From Negaprion brevirostris (Eukaryota), in assembly GCA_030324005.1 (NCBI GenBank), contig JARDVH010000099.1:21728265-21792264 (forward strand): a stretch of 64,000 nt of DNA. The letters run 5' to 3'. Position 1 is the first letter of the stretch, and each line of letters opens with the position of its first letter. Under the pieces are notes generated by a model. It did not search any database, was not told the DNA's origin, and saw only the letters and a program-made list of their open reading frames with translations. Below are positions 26,239 through 39,100 of this stretch, one piece after another. The translations under genes and the position numbers were made by a program.

Positions 26239-28011
26239 GGAAGCCCATGATTCCTGAGAAGCAATGTACCATATCTCCAAACAGAACAAAATTGACTCCA
26301 TGAAAATTGCAGGGAGGTTTGAAATTACCTGCTCCCACAATGGGCTTGTTACTTGAACCCTATTTCACAGCTGCAGAAATTGCTGGAAAAGGATCTCACC
26401 CGCCTTTTTTAAAGGTTTTCCAATCTGGCTGAGTCACAAAAATCTAGGCCTATACATCGATCACTACTTAAACCTCAGCAGGAGTAAATGGACTATACCC
26501 TCCAGGAAAGATGTAAAGGCCTTAGGAAAGACACAGAAGACTTATCAGGATGCTGTCAAGAATGAGGAACTGTAATTATAACGAAAGTTTGGAGAACTTC
26601 ACTGTCCTTTTCAGAACAAAGAAGACTAAGAGAGGGAATATGGATCAGAGGTTATGGATAAGCTTCCAGTGGCACTAATGCCCTTGACATATGAGATAGC
26701 TTATTCTTCTGCAGCATGCCCTCTGATGACTGTGTTACTTTGTTGTCTTCCCTCTCTGCTTGTTCCTTTCTTCTGTATTTATCATACCCAAGGGTCAGCA
26801 ACTGCGTATGCAGATGCTGCTCCTCTTTGCTATCGATCCCTATACTGGAGGAGCTTAGACCCAATGCCAGGTCTGACCTTAGCTCGACTGTCAAGGCTTT
26901 GCAGATTGGCCCCTCCCCTGCTGTCCTCTTTTGTACCTGTGATCCATACCAGTTGTTAATTGCCACGGAGCTTGCCATCCAAATGTGCAGAGAGCTCTAC
27001 TCATGTGACAGTAGCAGCTTGCCAATGGGACTCAGGATTCACACTTCCACGCTGCGTTGTGATTATCTCCCACAGGCACTACTGGGTCCCGTTGTGTTGC
27101 TGTCTATTCCTGATGGATGTGTTTAGAAACTTTGCTGTTCCTGTGCCTCCTTTCTTAAATAGCAAACTGGCCCTCATTGAGCTGCTAATGAATTAATTTG
27201 CATTATCAATTACTTGTTCCCCTTTTTTTGGGCAGGTTGGTGGGTCCTGTTTCATGTCATTGATATCAAAATTGCTGCAAATCAGTACCACATCAGGAAG
27301 TCAGCATGACAGTGGTGAAAAATTGTGAGCCCATCACCTCAGTTTCCACCCAACTGATCAATGAAAATTCAGCCCTAAGAATTTTGGGAATTCACTGAAC
27401 GATTTTTAAATATAAGATAATCAATCATCTGATTGAAAGGCTCACTAAAATGCAATTCAATAGTACAAATTGGTAGGGCAGCCAAAAAATGTGACAGTGC
27501 AAACGAAGCATTGAACCATAGAGGCAGCAGTCAGGAAGTGCTTAAGATAACTTTAAATGATAAATTTGAAATGCACTCTGTCAAAGGTAAACAAGAGGAA
27601 ATTGTGTGGATATTCTGGAATGCAGCATATATCTTAAAACTGCCTGCCCTTTGGGAAAATATTCGTTAAGTCGGGATAAAGGTAACCACAACATTCAAAG
27701 ATGCAAATTATGAAAAGGCACATTTCAAGTGCACAGCGTGGAAGCAAAATCAAGTAAATTACATAGACTGGTACTGCTATTCGTAGTGAATGTAAGTTGC
27801 ATATTTTGGTGAATTTTTTGTGAAGAAGTGTCTGTCCGCAGACTGCATCAAACTTCTTCACAACTTCAAAACAGTATTTNNNNNNNNNNNNNNNTGGATA
27901 CTGGTTTGCAAATCAAATACACTCCCTATCTGCATGATATCCTTGAACAGGAGAGGGTCAGAAAATTTTGACCCACTCTGGTTATTTATATACTTCAGTC
28001 CTGTGGATTGA

Positions 28012-28387
28012 CTGTTTTCCTGGCAGCCATACTCCTGAATGGACTTGGCGCGAGTGCTAGGGAGGCTAAAAGGAGCACTCCACTGATTACAAAGATTAAT
28101 TTTTCCCAGGGTGGCTGAATCGGAGGCAAGCCACCACGAGCGTGGCATGAATCAAATGAAAATAAATTATTAAAGAGGCTGAATATACGTTGAATTTTCC
28201 TTCCATCATGTCAGCAGGATTCTCCCTGGTTGTCTTGTCAGGACTGGCACTTTGGAAAAGTATAGGAAAATTCTACCCAGAGAATCAGTTTGGGTGAAGC
28301 TAAGTAACAGGAAACTAAGAAAATATTGGTGGGAATTTTTTTTTTTGTTTTTTTACAGGCTACCAAACAGCAATGGTAATGTAAATC
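28012..28387 (-). repeat. Left arm of a ~370-bp inverted duplication (partner 29055-29420)
   Basis: ORFs 27858-28148 (-) and 29222-29473 (+) share TLGKINLCNQWSAPFSLPSTR. The reverse-complement match extends through the CR1 segment. Confidence 0.9.
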
Positions 28388-28429
28388 CATTACAGAAATA
28401 GGATGAAAAAGTTAGTTTCTGAAATGGAC

Positions 28430-29148
28430 AGTCAATCCACAATTCCAGGCTTATGTTGGTGCCATGTTGCAAGTATATCCTCTTGTCTTTCCACAGTTCT
28501 TTAAATGTTAATCATTGTCTATCTACCATCACATTTTTTAATTTAGTTTCCCAACCATAGTCAATTTACCCTTCACAGCTTTGTAATTTTGTTTAGATCC
28601 AAACCCTTATCTGTGATTGAATTATATCTTTCAAATGTAATGTAATTTTTTTTATATTATGGTCAATCTTTCCTAAAAGTTCCTTTACAAGAAGATTATT
28701 AATTAGCCTTTTCTCATTGAACAATATTAAATCTAAAATAGCCTGTTTTCTTGTTGGTTCCTTAACATGTTGCTCCAGAAAACCATCTTATATTAATTCC
28801 AAGNNNNNNNNNNNNNNNNNNNNNNNNNNNNNNNNNNNNNNNNNNNNNNNNNNNNNNNNNNNNNNNNNNNNNNNNNNNNNNNNNNNNNNNNNNNNNNNNN
28901 NNNTTACGTGTAGATCAAAATCTAGTAGCTTTTGCTACCAAATAATCCTGTTGGACTTTAACCTGGTGTTGTGAGACTTCTTACTAGATTCAAATCCCCC
29001 ATGATTACCGTATTACCCTGTTACACACACCTCCAATTTCCTGATTTATATTGTGATTTACATAACCATTGCTATTTGGTAGCCTGTAAAAATTCCCGCC
29101 AATATTTTCTTAATTTCCGGTTTCTTAACTCTACCCAAACTGACTCTC
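28430..29148 (-). mobile_element. CR1 AP-endonuclease fragment (downstream half of the CR1 split by a Harbinger)
   Basis: Minus strand reads ESVWVELRNRKLRKYWREF/ILAGIFYRLP and TVIMGDLN (APE motifs). Penelope tail piece at ~28925-28985. Confidence 0.7.
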
Positions 29149-31120
29149 TGCGTCGAATTTTCCCGTATTTTTTCAAAGTGTCAGTCCTGACAAGAAAACT
29201 GGGGAGAATCCTGCTGACATAATGCACGGAAAATTCACGATATATTTGGCCTCTTTAATAATTTTTTTCATGTGGTTCATGCCACACTCGTGGCAGCTTG
29301 TCTCTGATTCACGCACTCTGGGAAAAATTAATCTCTGTAATCAGTGGAGTGCTCCTTTTAGCCTCCCAAGCACTCGCTCCATGTCCATTCAGGCGGACTG
29401 CTGCCAGGAAGACAGCACCATGTTTTACGGAGAGGTTCCTCAGCAAACTTCCGAGCGGTGTGTTGAGGCGTGATATCGTATACCCACAATCAGCCAGACG
29501 TCCAGCAAGTAAAGTCACCAACCCTGCCTGAGAGGCTGTGGCTGCAATAGTGGCAGCTTGTTCTTAACAGGATGGGGCTACAATGCCAAAAGATATGTGA
29601 CCTTTGTGCAGCCAGGGTAAGTCTGCCTTCTTGTATCTCCTGTTGCACCCCTTAATACAATTACTGCTTCCCTACAATTGTCTCTCTGAACGCCACCTGA
29701 AGCACTTTGATCCTTGAGAATCTCAGCCATCCAAGTGCCCCCAAAGGATGAGGAGATAGGGATGTGTGTTCAAACCTCATGGGGAAATAAAATGCTGCTA
29801 CCTGTCATCTCCTGGACAGGGTGACTAATGAACAACTTTACCATAACACCGTGCATTGGGGGCCACATCTGTGTTAGCTCTCTGACATGGAGACGTGAGC
29901 ATTAACCTTGTGGTTCAATCCTTGGGGGCTATGCTTCCAACTCTTCTGTTGAAAAACCAATTAAACTAAATTAAACAAACTGAGGGACAAAGTCAAAGGG
30001 GCATCCCCTTAAAGGGATATGTCTTCAACAAAAACAAGTCACAAAATAAATTTAAGACATCAAATTAAGATGTGATTAAAGGGGTCGATAAGGCACCTGG
30101 GTCCCTGTGATGCCCAGGGACTAAGCTTCCAAAATCAAAATGTTAATAATTGGGGGCCAGTCAGTGGTACATTCATGCAGTGTAATGCTGATTAAATTGT
30201 CATGTTTGACCCATTAAGGTCAGGGAACTGATTAAGCAACTGAATTTTCCTTGTGGCAGGCAAGGTACACCTAATGCATGTGAAGACAGCAATTTGCCTT
30301 CAACTTCATCCTTAGAGGGCTCTCCTGAGCTGTAGATTAAACAAGCCTTCTAACTTAAATAGTAGTCACCCATATACTAATCCCTGACAGCCTGGCCTCC
30401 ATAATCAGTGGCGTTAACCTTCCAAACAAAGTGCAGCCTGAGTGTGGGGGTTCATTCTTTCATCTACTTTTCACCTGCCACTTTAGAAGGGCAATCCCTC
30501 AGCAATGATGTTGCCACAAACCCAACAACGAGAATATGGGAAGTGATGGCTGCAAACCAGTCTTGGCTCACCACCATGAAGGGCGATTAAGGACTATGAG
30601 TGACCCCACTCTGAAATGCTGAGCCTCCCACCTCCCCGGTTTGAGTGCACTTATTTGGGTCCCCTGCATCTTCTCTGATGCCCCCTCTGCCACTGGCAGG
30701 AGGCACACCTAATGCACGTGAAGACTGTAATAGTCTGGAGGATGACGGTGATCTGAGCAGTCACCTTCAATGTTCCCTTCGGAAGTGAGGTCATTAAGTT
30801 TTCATCTTTATACAGCTGTTGTAAATTGTGCTGATGTGATCCTCCCTCATGCTGGCACCCAATGAATAGTCAGTGAATGGGAGGGGGTGGGGATGGGTAA
30901 TAGACCCAGTGGGAACACTTACTAATTAATGATATACTGATATATTTAAATGAGATTCCCAACCTTCTGAGGCAGGATTCTCATTATGTCAATGGCAAAG
31001 CGTCAGGAAAAATCAAAAAATGTAATCTTTCTGGTGAGAATCACATTTCCAGTTCTCGCCTTATTTTGCACCTGCATCGCCATTCTCACAGCTGGCTAAC
31101 CAGGGCTGAAAATTGCCCCC
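29149..31120 (+). mobile_element. Non-autonomous PIF/Harbinger element with a Myb/SANT-like exon
   Basis: TIR-like ends (CGTCGAATTTTCC / GAAAATTGCCCC). 29397-29620 reads AARKTAPCFTERFLSKL...RRDIVYPQSARRPASKVTNPA*EAVAAIV, ending in GTAAGT. CR1 coding sequence is continuous across it. Confidence 0.7.
29950..30122 (-). mobile_element. Tx1-like 3' end fragment
   Basis: Similar to 2820-2980. Confidence 0.65.
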
Positions 31121-31124
31121 TGTG

Positions 31125-32140
31125 CCCACCACCCCCATGTCTTGATCTTTAGAACTAAGGTCACAATAGCATTAATACCCTCTTTAATTAACACAGCTAC
31201 TTAACCACCTTCTCCTAGCTCCTTGATGTTCCTGAATATCGTATACCCTTGGATATTCAAATCCCAGCTTTTGTTTCCTTTTAGCCACTTTCCTGTAATG
31301 GCCATTAGGTCATACAAATGAATTTCTGTTGAAACTGACAATTTGTCTGTTTTATTGAGAATGCTGTGGGCATTTAGATACAGAGCCCTTAATTCAGTCA
31401 TTTTTTTAACTGTTTTTGTAAATTCTGCCCCTACCCACAGGCACACTTTTAAGTTTGCTATCATTGTCCATTTCTGTCATATTCTGATTATCACTACCTC
31501 TAGTGATATCTTCATTTATTGCCTTGTCATTCCCTTTCATTTACTCAGTCTACCTTAACATGATCCCTTCCCCACTTTTAGTTTAAAGCCCTCTCTATTT
31601 CCCTGTGATACGACTTGATAAAACACCAGGCCCAGCACAGTTCAAGTGAGGTCTCTCGCAGCAGTGCAGCCCCCACTTTCGCCAGTGTTCCGACCAGTGA
31701 TCAACAAACTGAAAACCACTTCCCCCACATCAGTATTTGAACTACACATTCATCCCTCTCATTTTATTTACTCTATGCCAATTCAGGTAATAATCCAGAG
31801 ACTGCTGCTTTTGAGGTTCTGCTTTTCGATTTAGTGCCTAATTTTTAATACTCTAGTAGAGCCTCTTTCCTGGTGGTTCTTATATTGCTGTTACCTGCGT
31901 GGACTGTGACAACTGGATCCTCCCCCAACCACTATAAATTCCCCTCCAACCCCTGGCACTAGGCAGACAACAGAATCCTTCTGGATATTTGCTCTTCATT
32001 GCAAAGTATAATGCTTAGCTCCTTGAATATATTGGCCCCTACTACCACTATATTCCTTTTAACTCCCCCCCACTTGAAAAGCTTCCATGGTCAGCCTACT
32101 ATCCACACTGCAGCCCTTGCTCCCATCCATACAAACTGTA
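31125..32140 (-). mobile_element. CR1 5' part (ORF1 esterase end and ORF2 APE start)
   Basis: LRALYLNAHSILNKTDKL...YDLMAITGKWL...WDLNIQGYTIFRN, and the VVTVHAGNSNI (VHVGTND) remnant at ~31900. Confidence 0.85.
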
Positions 32141-32150
32141 GGAATTGCAA

Positions 32151-32320
32151 GAATAAATCTACGTGTGCAAACCACATCTTTTCTCTTTTCTTTTTGTTAA
32201 AACTCACAATCCCTAACATAGTTAAACATCACACTTCTTCATCTCAATTTCAGGGGTTAGGCTTAGATTATCAATGAGTAATCACAATGAGCCCACTGAC
32301 ACCCACAATTAACTCAACTA
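32151..32320 (+). repeat. Direct copy of the Gypsy-LTR-end/Penelope junction at 46101-46245
   Basis: GTGCAAACCACATCTTTTCT...CCCTAACATA...ACA-TCTCAATTTC..GG...ATCAATGA..A.TCACAATGAGCCCA.TGAC.CCCA.AATT is present at both sites. Confidence 0.8.
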
Positions 32321-32358
32321 TCGAGAATGTCTTCAAACACATGGTGGGGGGAGGGGGA

Positions 32359-32949
32359 GGGGACACAATTCTCCCAGCCTACAGCTGTGTCGCGGGCTTC
32401 CCACTGGGAATCATGGCCTCTGCGCTTCTCTGGCTGCTGGATTTCCAGCATCATCAATCCCGTGCCAGAAATTGGTGTAGAGCTGATTAAAATATTTAAA
32501 TTCTAATTGATTCTGATTAGCGGGCCTGGTCTGAGGGGCGGTGGGTGCGGACAGGAACAGACCCGGACATGATCGGCAGGCCAGCAATCAGGACACGGTG
32601 GAGGGGTGGGGTATGAGAAGGGCAGCATTCTGGATTGCTGTGCCGGTCAGCGATTGAGCTGACCAGTGATCTGGAGGCCGGCAGTATGGGGCTACTGCAC
32701 ATGCACAGATCTGCTCTATGACAGATCACTGCATACGCAGTGGCCCACTCAGCGCTATGCTACGACCTCTCCAGTAGAAATAGCCTCCCCACCCCTCTAC
32801 CCCCGATTTTTGATGAGATTCACACTAAGGCTCCCTAGTGCACAGTATGTGGGAGATTCACCTTGAAAATCCCACTCAAAAAAAATGCAGGATTTACTCC
32901 AGTTCTCACACGAATTCGGCACTTAGAAATATTTTGGGAGAATTCACCC
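32359..32949. mobile_element. ~590-bp MITE with TIRs (Harbinger-like)
   Basis: 5' GGGACACAATTCTCCCA and 3' TGGGAGAATTCACCC. GC/CpG-rich interior with no recognisable ORF. Confidence 0.7.
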
Positions 32950-32959
32950 ATGGTCTGCA

Positions 32960-34495
32960 TATCAAGAAAGAAAAGTAATATTTTTTCCCGAAGTCAGTCT
33001 AGTATTTGGGTCCCATTATTCATAGTAAAGGCCTACATAAAACACCAAACAAAATGGAATCTACTTTAGAAGCACCACATCCGATAAACGTGACACAATT
33101 GAGGTCTTCCTTAGGATTAGTAAATTATTATGGCAACTTTTTTCCTAACCTAGTGACATTGTGGAAGCCATTACATAATTTACTATGTGTGAAACAGTCA
33201 TGGGACTGGACAACAGACTGAGAGAGTGCAAGCAAGAATGTCAAACATGCTTTGCAGAAGTTTGAAGTATTGGTTCATTTTAATTTGTAGCTACCATTAC
33301 TGGTTGCTTGTGATGCTTCACCTTATGGCATAAGGGCAGTAGTTTCGCATTTGTGTTTGGGAGAACAACAAATAGATTTTGGTTTGCATTCTCTGACTAG
33401 TGCTAAATCTAACTATGCTCAGCTGGAAAAAGCAGCATTGAGTACAATTTTTGACACACAACCCAAGGTGGATGTCTATTGTGGAGAATCTGAGTGATCA
33501 TTCCTCTGAGTCTGCGTGGAAGAGACCTTGAACAACTACATGAAGGGTATCCTAATATAGTCCAGATGGGAGAATTAACATGTAGTTACTTTTGATGATC
33601 AGTTCTTTAAGCTCAGATTGAAGAAAAAGAGGGACAATGTCAATCCTGTGCACGAATAAGAAACATGCTACCACTATCTCTTTTACACTCTTGGGAGTGC
33701 CCTAAAATGCCATGGCAAAGATTACATGTAGATTTTGCTGGTCTGTTTGAGGGTTACATGTTCTTTGTCACAATTGATGTGCATTCAAAATTGCCAGAAG
33801 TTCTTATCATGAGATCTACTACAATTGAACAAGCCATTGAGAAAATTGACAACATTTTTACAAGGTTTGGTAAACCAGAACATATAGTGAGCAACAACTA
33901 TTCACAGTTTAATTCACTAGCGTTTAACGATTATTTCAAAGTAAATGGCATTCAGCATATAAAATCTGTTTACCAATGGATTAGCTGAATGGTTCGTACA
34001 ATCCTTGAAATATTCTTTAAGAGTTTCAGGACAGCAAGGTTCACTAACACATTGCATAAATAGCTTTTTGGCATCTTATAGAAACACTACTCATGCAACT
34101 ACCCGAAGTTCACCTGCATTACTTTTTTTAAAGAGAAAGTTGAGAATACATTTGATTTGCTATTAACTCCAGAAACTTCATTGTTAGTAAAGCGCCAACA
34201 GCAAGTTGCTAGACGAGATGCGAGGGCAAAACATGTTTATTTCAACTAGGAGATGCAGGTTAGCACATAATTATGTCACGAGTGAGCCATAGCTTTAGCA
34301 AAAACAGGTCCAATTTTTTACATGGTTCAAACTGGAGATGAACTAGTTTGGTGATGCCATGCTGACCAATTGTCATCATCTCAAAATGATTTCTCAAAAT
34401 CATCTCCAGAAGTACAAATATCTTTACTCCCAAGTGAATACTACTATGGAAGATTTAGTTGAATCTGAGTTGCCTGATGATTGTGCCTATGCTAC
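32960..34495 (+). mobile_element. pol: Gypsy/Ty3 (Mag-like) LTR retrotransposon pol, 5'-truncated pseudogene (RT end, RNase H, integrase)
   Basis: LEAPHPINVTQLRSSLGLVNYYGNFFPNL; LVACDASPYGIRAV; NYAQLEKAAL; PWQRLHVDFAGLFEGYMFFVTIDVHSKLPEV...FGKPEHIVSNN..QF...NGIQHIKS. Confidence 0.92.
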
Positions 34496-34953
34496 TGAGA
34501 AAGTAGAATATAAATAAAAGACTAACTTAGAAAATGTGGGATAGCATGGCTTGACAGAGGTTAGAGAGGATAGCATGACTCAAATAAAATGAAGGCATAC
34601 AAAGAATGGAATGCTCTAGGGGAAATAAAAGCCACAGCCACATAAGTAATTTAGTTTTGGGTATAATTGTATTCAGGTAAAGACCTATTGGGTAAACAAG
34701 GTAGGAAATCCATTGTATTGAGGAATGTGATTATATTGGTACAGAATTGAATATACTCATCTGATTAGATCTGTATAAAAGATAGCTGATGTGATTAGAT
34801 CTATACAGACTTAAATATACTCATATAATCTATATAAAAGACAGCTGTAACAGGACACCTTTGAGTAAATCCTTCTGATCTTTTGCGCTTACAATGGCTA
34901 TATTGTGTGGATTTGCCATGATGTAGATTGTCCTTTAAAGCTTTTCTTTAACA
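34496..34953 (+). repeat. ERV 5' LTR
   Basis: TG...CA ends and colinear with 45199-45697 (about 13 mismatches in the first ~125 nt by eye). TATA-like TATATAAAAG at ~34831. Confidence 0.92.
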
Positions 34954-34958
34954 GTTTG

Positions 34959-34977
34959 TGGTGCCATGACTCAGGAT
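34959..34977 (+). promoter_or_regulatory. Primer-binding site complementary to tRNA-His
   Basis: TGGTGCCATGACTCAGGAT versus the canonical TGGTGCCGTGACTCGGAT (1 substitution, 1 insertion), 5 nt after the 5' LTR. Confidence 0.85.
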
Positions 34978-35223
34978 GACTACAGTTTGTTAGTAAAGGG
35001 AAAATCCCAGAGAAAAGAAAAGGAGGTTAAAAAATCCTCCTGCGAGTAGAAAAGATCCCCAATCTCAACCAACATTAGCTGAATGCCAAGTATTGTGGTC
35101 TCACAATATTAACAGTATAAGTGGAAGACCAGATTAGGAAATTGAGTTATTTATAGGAAATTAGACTGAGTGGGATAAGCATAAAGAAGCAATAACTGCT
35201 ATAGTGCATAAATATCTGTAAAA

Positions 35224-36492
35224 ATGAGAAGGAAATCCTCAAAGGATATTCTGGTTCCCCTGCAAAAACCCCTGACATATTTTATGCATCATTATTATAG
35301 GAAAGGAACTCGCAAGTGGTTAGATCAATGGAACTGGGGAACAAGAGAAGACCCTAAGTTGCAGTGCTCCTTGACGGGATCCTTTGATCTAGACAAAATA
35401 GTGTATTTAAGAGGATATTTGTATACAAGAAAAGGAAGGATCAAATAGCTTCAGTGGGAGGCTTTCTTTGTTTGGTAAGAAGAATCTTCAAAAAGACAGG
35501 TCCTGTCAAATATTTCTGGAGTCCAAAATATGCATGCAAAACTAAAAAAGTGCAGGAATTAGACTAAAAGGCTGAGACTCTTAGAAGCTCCTCTCTACCG
35601 CTTACTTCATCCCTATATTCACAAAATGAAAAGGAACCTGCAGGTCCAGAACAAGAGCTGTCTGAGGATTCATAAGAACATAAGAACATAAGAAATAGGA
35701 GCAGGAGTAGGCCATCCAGCCCTTCGAGCCTGCCCCGCCATTCNNNNNNNNNNNNNNNNNNNNNNNNNNNNNNNNNNNNNNNNNNNNNNNNNNNNNNNNN
35801 NNNNNNNNNNNNNNNNNNNNNNNNNNNNNNNNNNNNNNNNNNNAAGGCATCCACTATCACCTCCGCCATTTCTTTCAGAACCCTCGGATGCATTCCATCC
35901 GGTCCTGGGGACTTGTCCACCATTCACTCGAATGGCCCATGCCCCCGCTCCCTACCATAATGAGAGAACCCCTATCCCTAATGTCTCAACAGCTGAGACC
36001 ATTATTAGTAGTATAGGCTCCCTTGACTGCCCCCGAGATAAGAACAAAGGGACACTTATATCCCTTAAGTTACTGTCAAGAAGTAGATTACAGAGGAAAA
36101 ACCTGTGCCCCTCAAGAGAATTACCTGCTGCAGGAGATTCGGACCAATTGGTGACTGGATATGCCCCATGGATCCCCCAGGAGATCTAATGACCATGACC
36201 AAGAGTTTCCCTAATATTAGGGAACAACCAGAAGGTTTAGTCTGGAAACTCTGGACTACACAAAAATGCTATCACACCAGTCGGGCTGTTATTAAACAAC
36301 CCTTGGGAGTAATAGTACCAAAAAAAATTTAAAAAGACTCCACGAAGTCACTGACTGGCTGTTAGTTGAACTCAGAGAATAGAAGACCAAATAGGTCAAT
36401 TGCTTCATGCAGTTATGCAGATCTGCTCTACTAAAACTTACTGGACCGAAATAAACAATATTAAATTAGAAAGAGGAGAAAGCCCAGCTGAT
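35224..36492 (+). pseudogene. gag: ERV gag, decayed and 3'-truncated
   Basis: MRRKSSK (decayed MGxxSSK) and WNW...TGSFDLDKI..L matrix-like motif. Capsid remnants YAPWIP and YWTEINNIKLERGESPAD (start of the major homology region). Confidence 0.7.
35672..35930 (-). mobile_element. CR1 insertion inside gag (collapsed across a gap)
   Basis: (CATAAGAA)n tail at 35671-35695 and DKSPGPDGMHPRVLKEMAEVIVDA after the gap. Confidence 0.9.
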
Positions 36493-39065
36493 TCCCTCTT
36501 TCCCTGTGGTACCAAACCCTGCCAACATTTTAGCTCTTGTCCCAGCAAGCTCAAATGGTTTACAGTAGTTGATCTATGTTCAGCACTTTTTTAGCATACT
36601 TGTATAGCAACAAGGTAATATATATTTGCTTTTACATATAAAGGCCAACAATATACTTGGATCAGATTCCCCCAAGGATATATTGAATCCCCATCCTTCT
36701 TCTCACAAGCTTTGAAAAAGGACCTTGAAGAATTCAAGTTCCCTACAAACTCCACCCTTATCCAGCATGTAGATGACCTACTTTCAGCATCATATACAAA
36801 GGAAGCAAATTTAAAGGATGCATTGTACCTCCTCTCTAAATTAGCCCAGAAAGGACATAAGGTACCCAAGAGAAAATTGCAATGGTGCACTCAAAGTATA
36901 GTATCCAGGACACGAATTGTCCCATGTCTACGATACTTAACTGAGCCATGAACCAAATCTGTACAATGCATTCCCAAGCCTACTACATTAAACAATTGCG
37001 GTCCCTATTAGGGATGACAGGGTATTATAGACAGTGGATAATTGATATGCTCAGTTGATCCAACCCTCGCAGGATTTTATGGCCACATCCACTGCAGAAC
37101 CCTTGCAGTGGTCCCCTGAAATGGAACAAGCCTTTACAGCACCAAAACAGGCATTGTTATCGGCACCTGCTTTCAGTCTACCTAATTATGAAATGCCATT
37201 TGTCCTATACTGTCATGAGATTAATGGATATGCCCAAGCTGTATTCGTATAAGATCACGGAGGAACACAATGCCCATTAGCTTATTACAGCACTAGATTA
37301 GATCCAGTGGCAAAAGGACTACCAGGATGTTTAAAGACTGTAGCAACAGCATTAGTGGTGGAATCCACCTCTAATTTAGACCTTGGGAGCCCCCTTATTC
37401 AATGGGTTCCCTGTGTCGTCCACACTCTCCTCACCAAAACAAGACACAGCACTTCTCGAATGCTCGCCTTACGAGATATGAATTGATCCTTTAGTTGCAG
37501 AAAATATTACCATCCAGCAATGTGCTCTCTTGAACCCAACTTGATTGTTATCCATTGTCTTAAACAGAGAACCACATGATTGTTCTCAGGTCACTATGTA
37601 TTCTATGAAACCTAGAATTGACCTACAAGAGACACCTGTCCCCAATGTGAATAGCAACATTTTTGTGGATGGGTCAGCCTTCCTTTCTGACTAAGGGAGA
37701 ATGCAGGTGGACTATGCAGTATGTAAAGGATTTGAGCAAAGCTCCGTACTATCCCAATATTCAGCACAAATGGCTGAGTTACTTGCCCTAACTGGGGCAT
37801 GCACCCTCATGGAGGGATAATCTGTTAATATTTTACTGACTCCTGTTAGGCATTTGGAGTAGCTCATGATTATAGTACTCTGTGGAAATTGAGGGGCTAT
37901 TTAACCTTTGCAGGAATTCCTATTAAGAACGGTCCCATGGTCAAAGCCCTGTTAAATACCATACAACTATGCCCTCAGACTGCGATTATAAAATATCAGG
38001 CTCACACGTTCAGGTTCTGCGTCATTAACTCCCCCACTATCCTTGTGCCCCGTTATAACCTCAGCACCTGTTAGTGAGCCTCTAATAGAATTTATAAGCA
38101 TTAGCCCTAGTGCAAAATTCAGCTCCAAAAACTGAGCAGGCTAAATGGAAAACAGCTGGTTGCACTCCAGACTCAAACTATCTGGTGTGTCTCTAATGCT
38201 CATCTTTCAGTGCCCCCGCAACAACTTTCATATTTGGCAAATATTACTTACGGTGTTACCCATGTGAGCAAAGGAGAGATGACAGACATCATTAAGAAAT
38301 ATTGGTACGTGCCTGGATTTGCAGCAATAGCTACAAAATATTGCACAGGATGCACATGTCAAAAATTTAATGTTGGGAAAGCAACAAAGACCACACATGC
38401 ACTGTTACCACAGGCTAAAGGTCCATTTGTGAATATACAAGCTGATTTTGTACAATTGTCAAAAGTAAATGGATATGAATATATACCCATAACAGTAGAT
38501 ACATCCTCAAGATGAATAAAAGCTTTTGCAACCTGAAAAGTGGACATGCTAACAATTGCTAAAATTTTAATATAACAAGTTATCTGTAGATATGGACTTC
38601 CACAATATGTAAATAGTGACAGAGGAACACATTTTACAGGAAATGTAGTAAAGGAATTGTGTAAAGCATTGGACATCAAACAGAAACTGCACTGTCCGTA
38701 CCATCCACAATCAATCATCGAGAATTGTGGAAAGGTAAAACGGCACATTGAAGACCAAACTTGCAAAACTATGGAATGAGACAGGAATGAAACGGCCAGA
38801 TACATTACCTCTGGTACTAATGAGTATGAGAATGACAACTCACAAAAATATAGGTCTAAGCCCATGTAAAATCCTAATGGGAAGACCTATGAGCAGTAGA
38901 ATAAACCCTAACTGGAACTAACAATCAGTTAGTCTACACAAAGTAAGTAATGAATAGGTACAATACTGTCTTAAGCTAATGAAAAATTTGAGATCCATTC
39001 ACACACAGATTAAAGAAGATCAACCCCTGTCGCCAAATAAAACCAGGACACTGGGTCCTGTCAAA
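36493..39065 (+). pseudogene. pol: ERV pol (RT, tether, RNase H, integrase), frameshifted; protease missing
   Basis: FPVVPNPANIL; KWFTVVDLCSA; FAFTYKGQQYTWIRFPQGYIESPSFFSQAL; LIQHVDDLL; AYYSTRLDPVAKGLPGCL; FVDGS, SAQMAELLALTGAC, IFTDS; YGVTHVSK..C..C; QADFVQL; RYGLPQYVNSDRGTHFTG; HCPYHPQS. Confidence 0.95.
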
Positions 39066-39100
39066 GGTCTTCAAGGACAGGACTCCCAACTTGTACACTT

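Noticed and set aside
26650-27200. Overlapping 100-136-aa ORFs
   Set aside because: No recognisable domain; probably a decayed transposon interior.
36493-39065. Calling the ERV a lokiretrovirus or foamy virus because of its env
   Set aside because: The pol motifs, His PBS and 4-bp TSD fit an epsilon-like class I element better. A phylogeny is needed to settle it.
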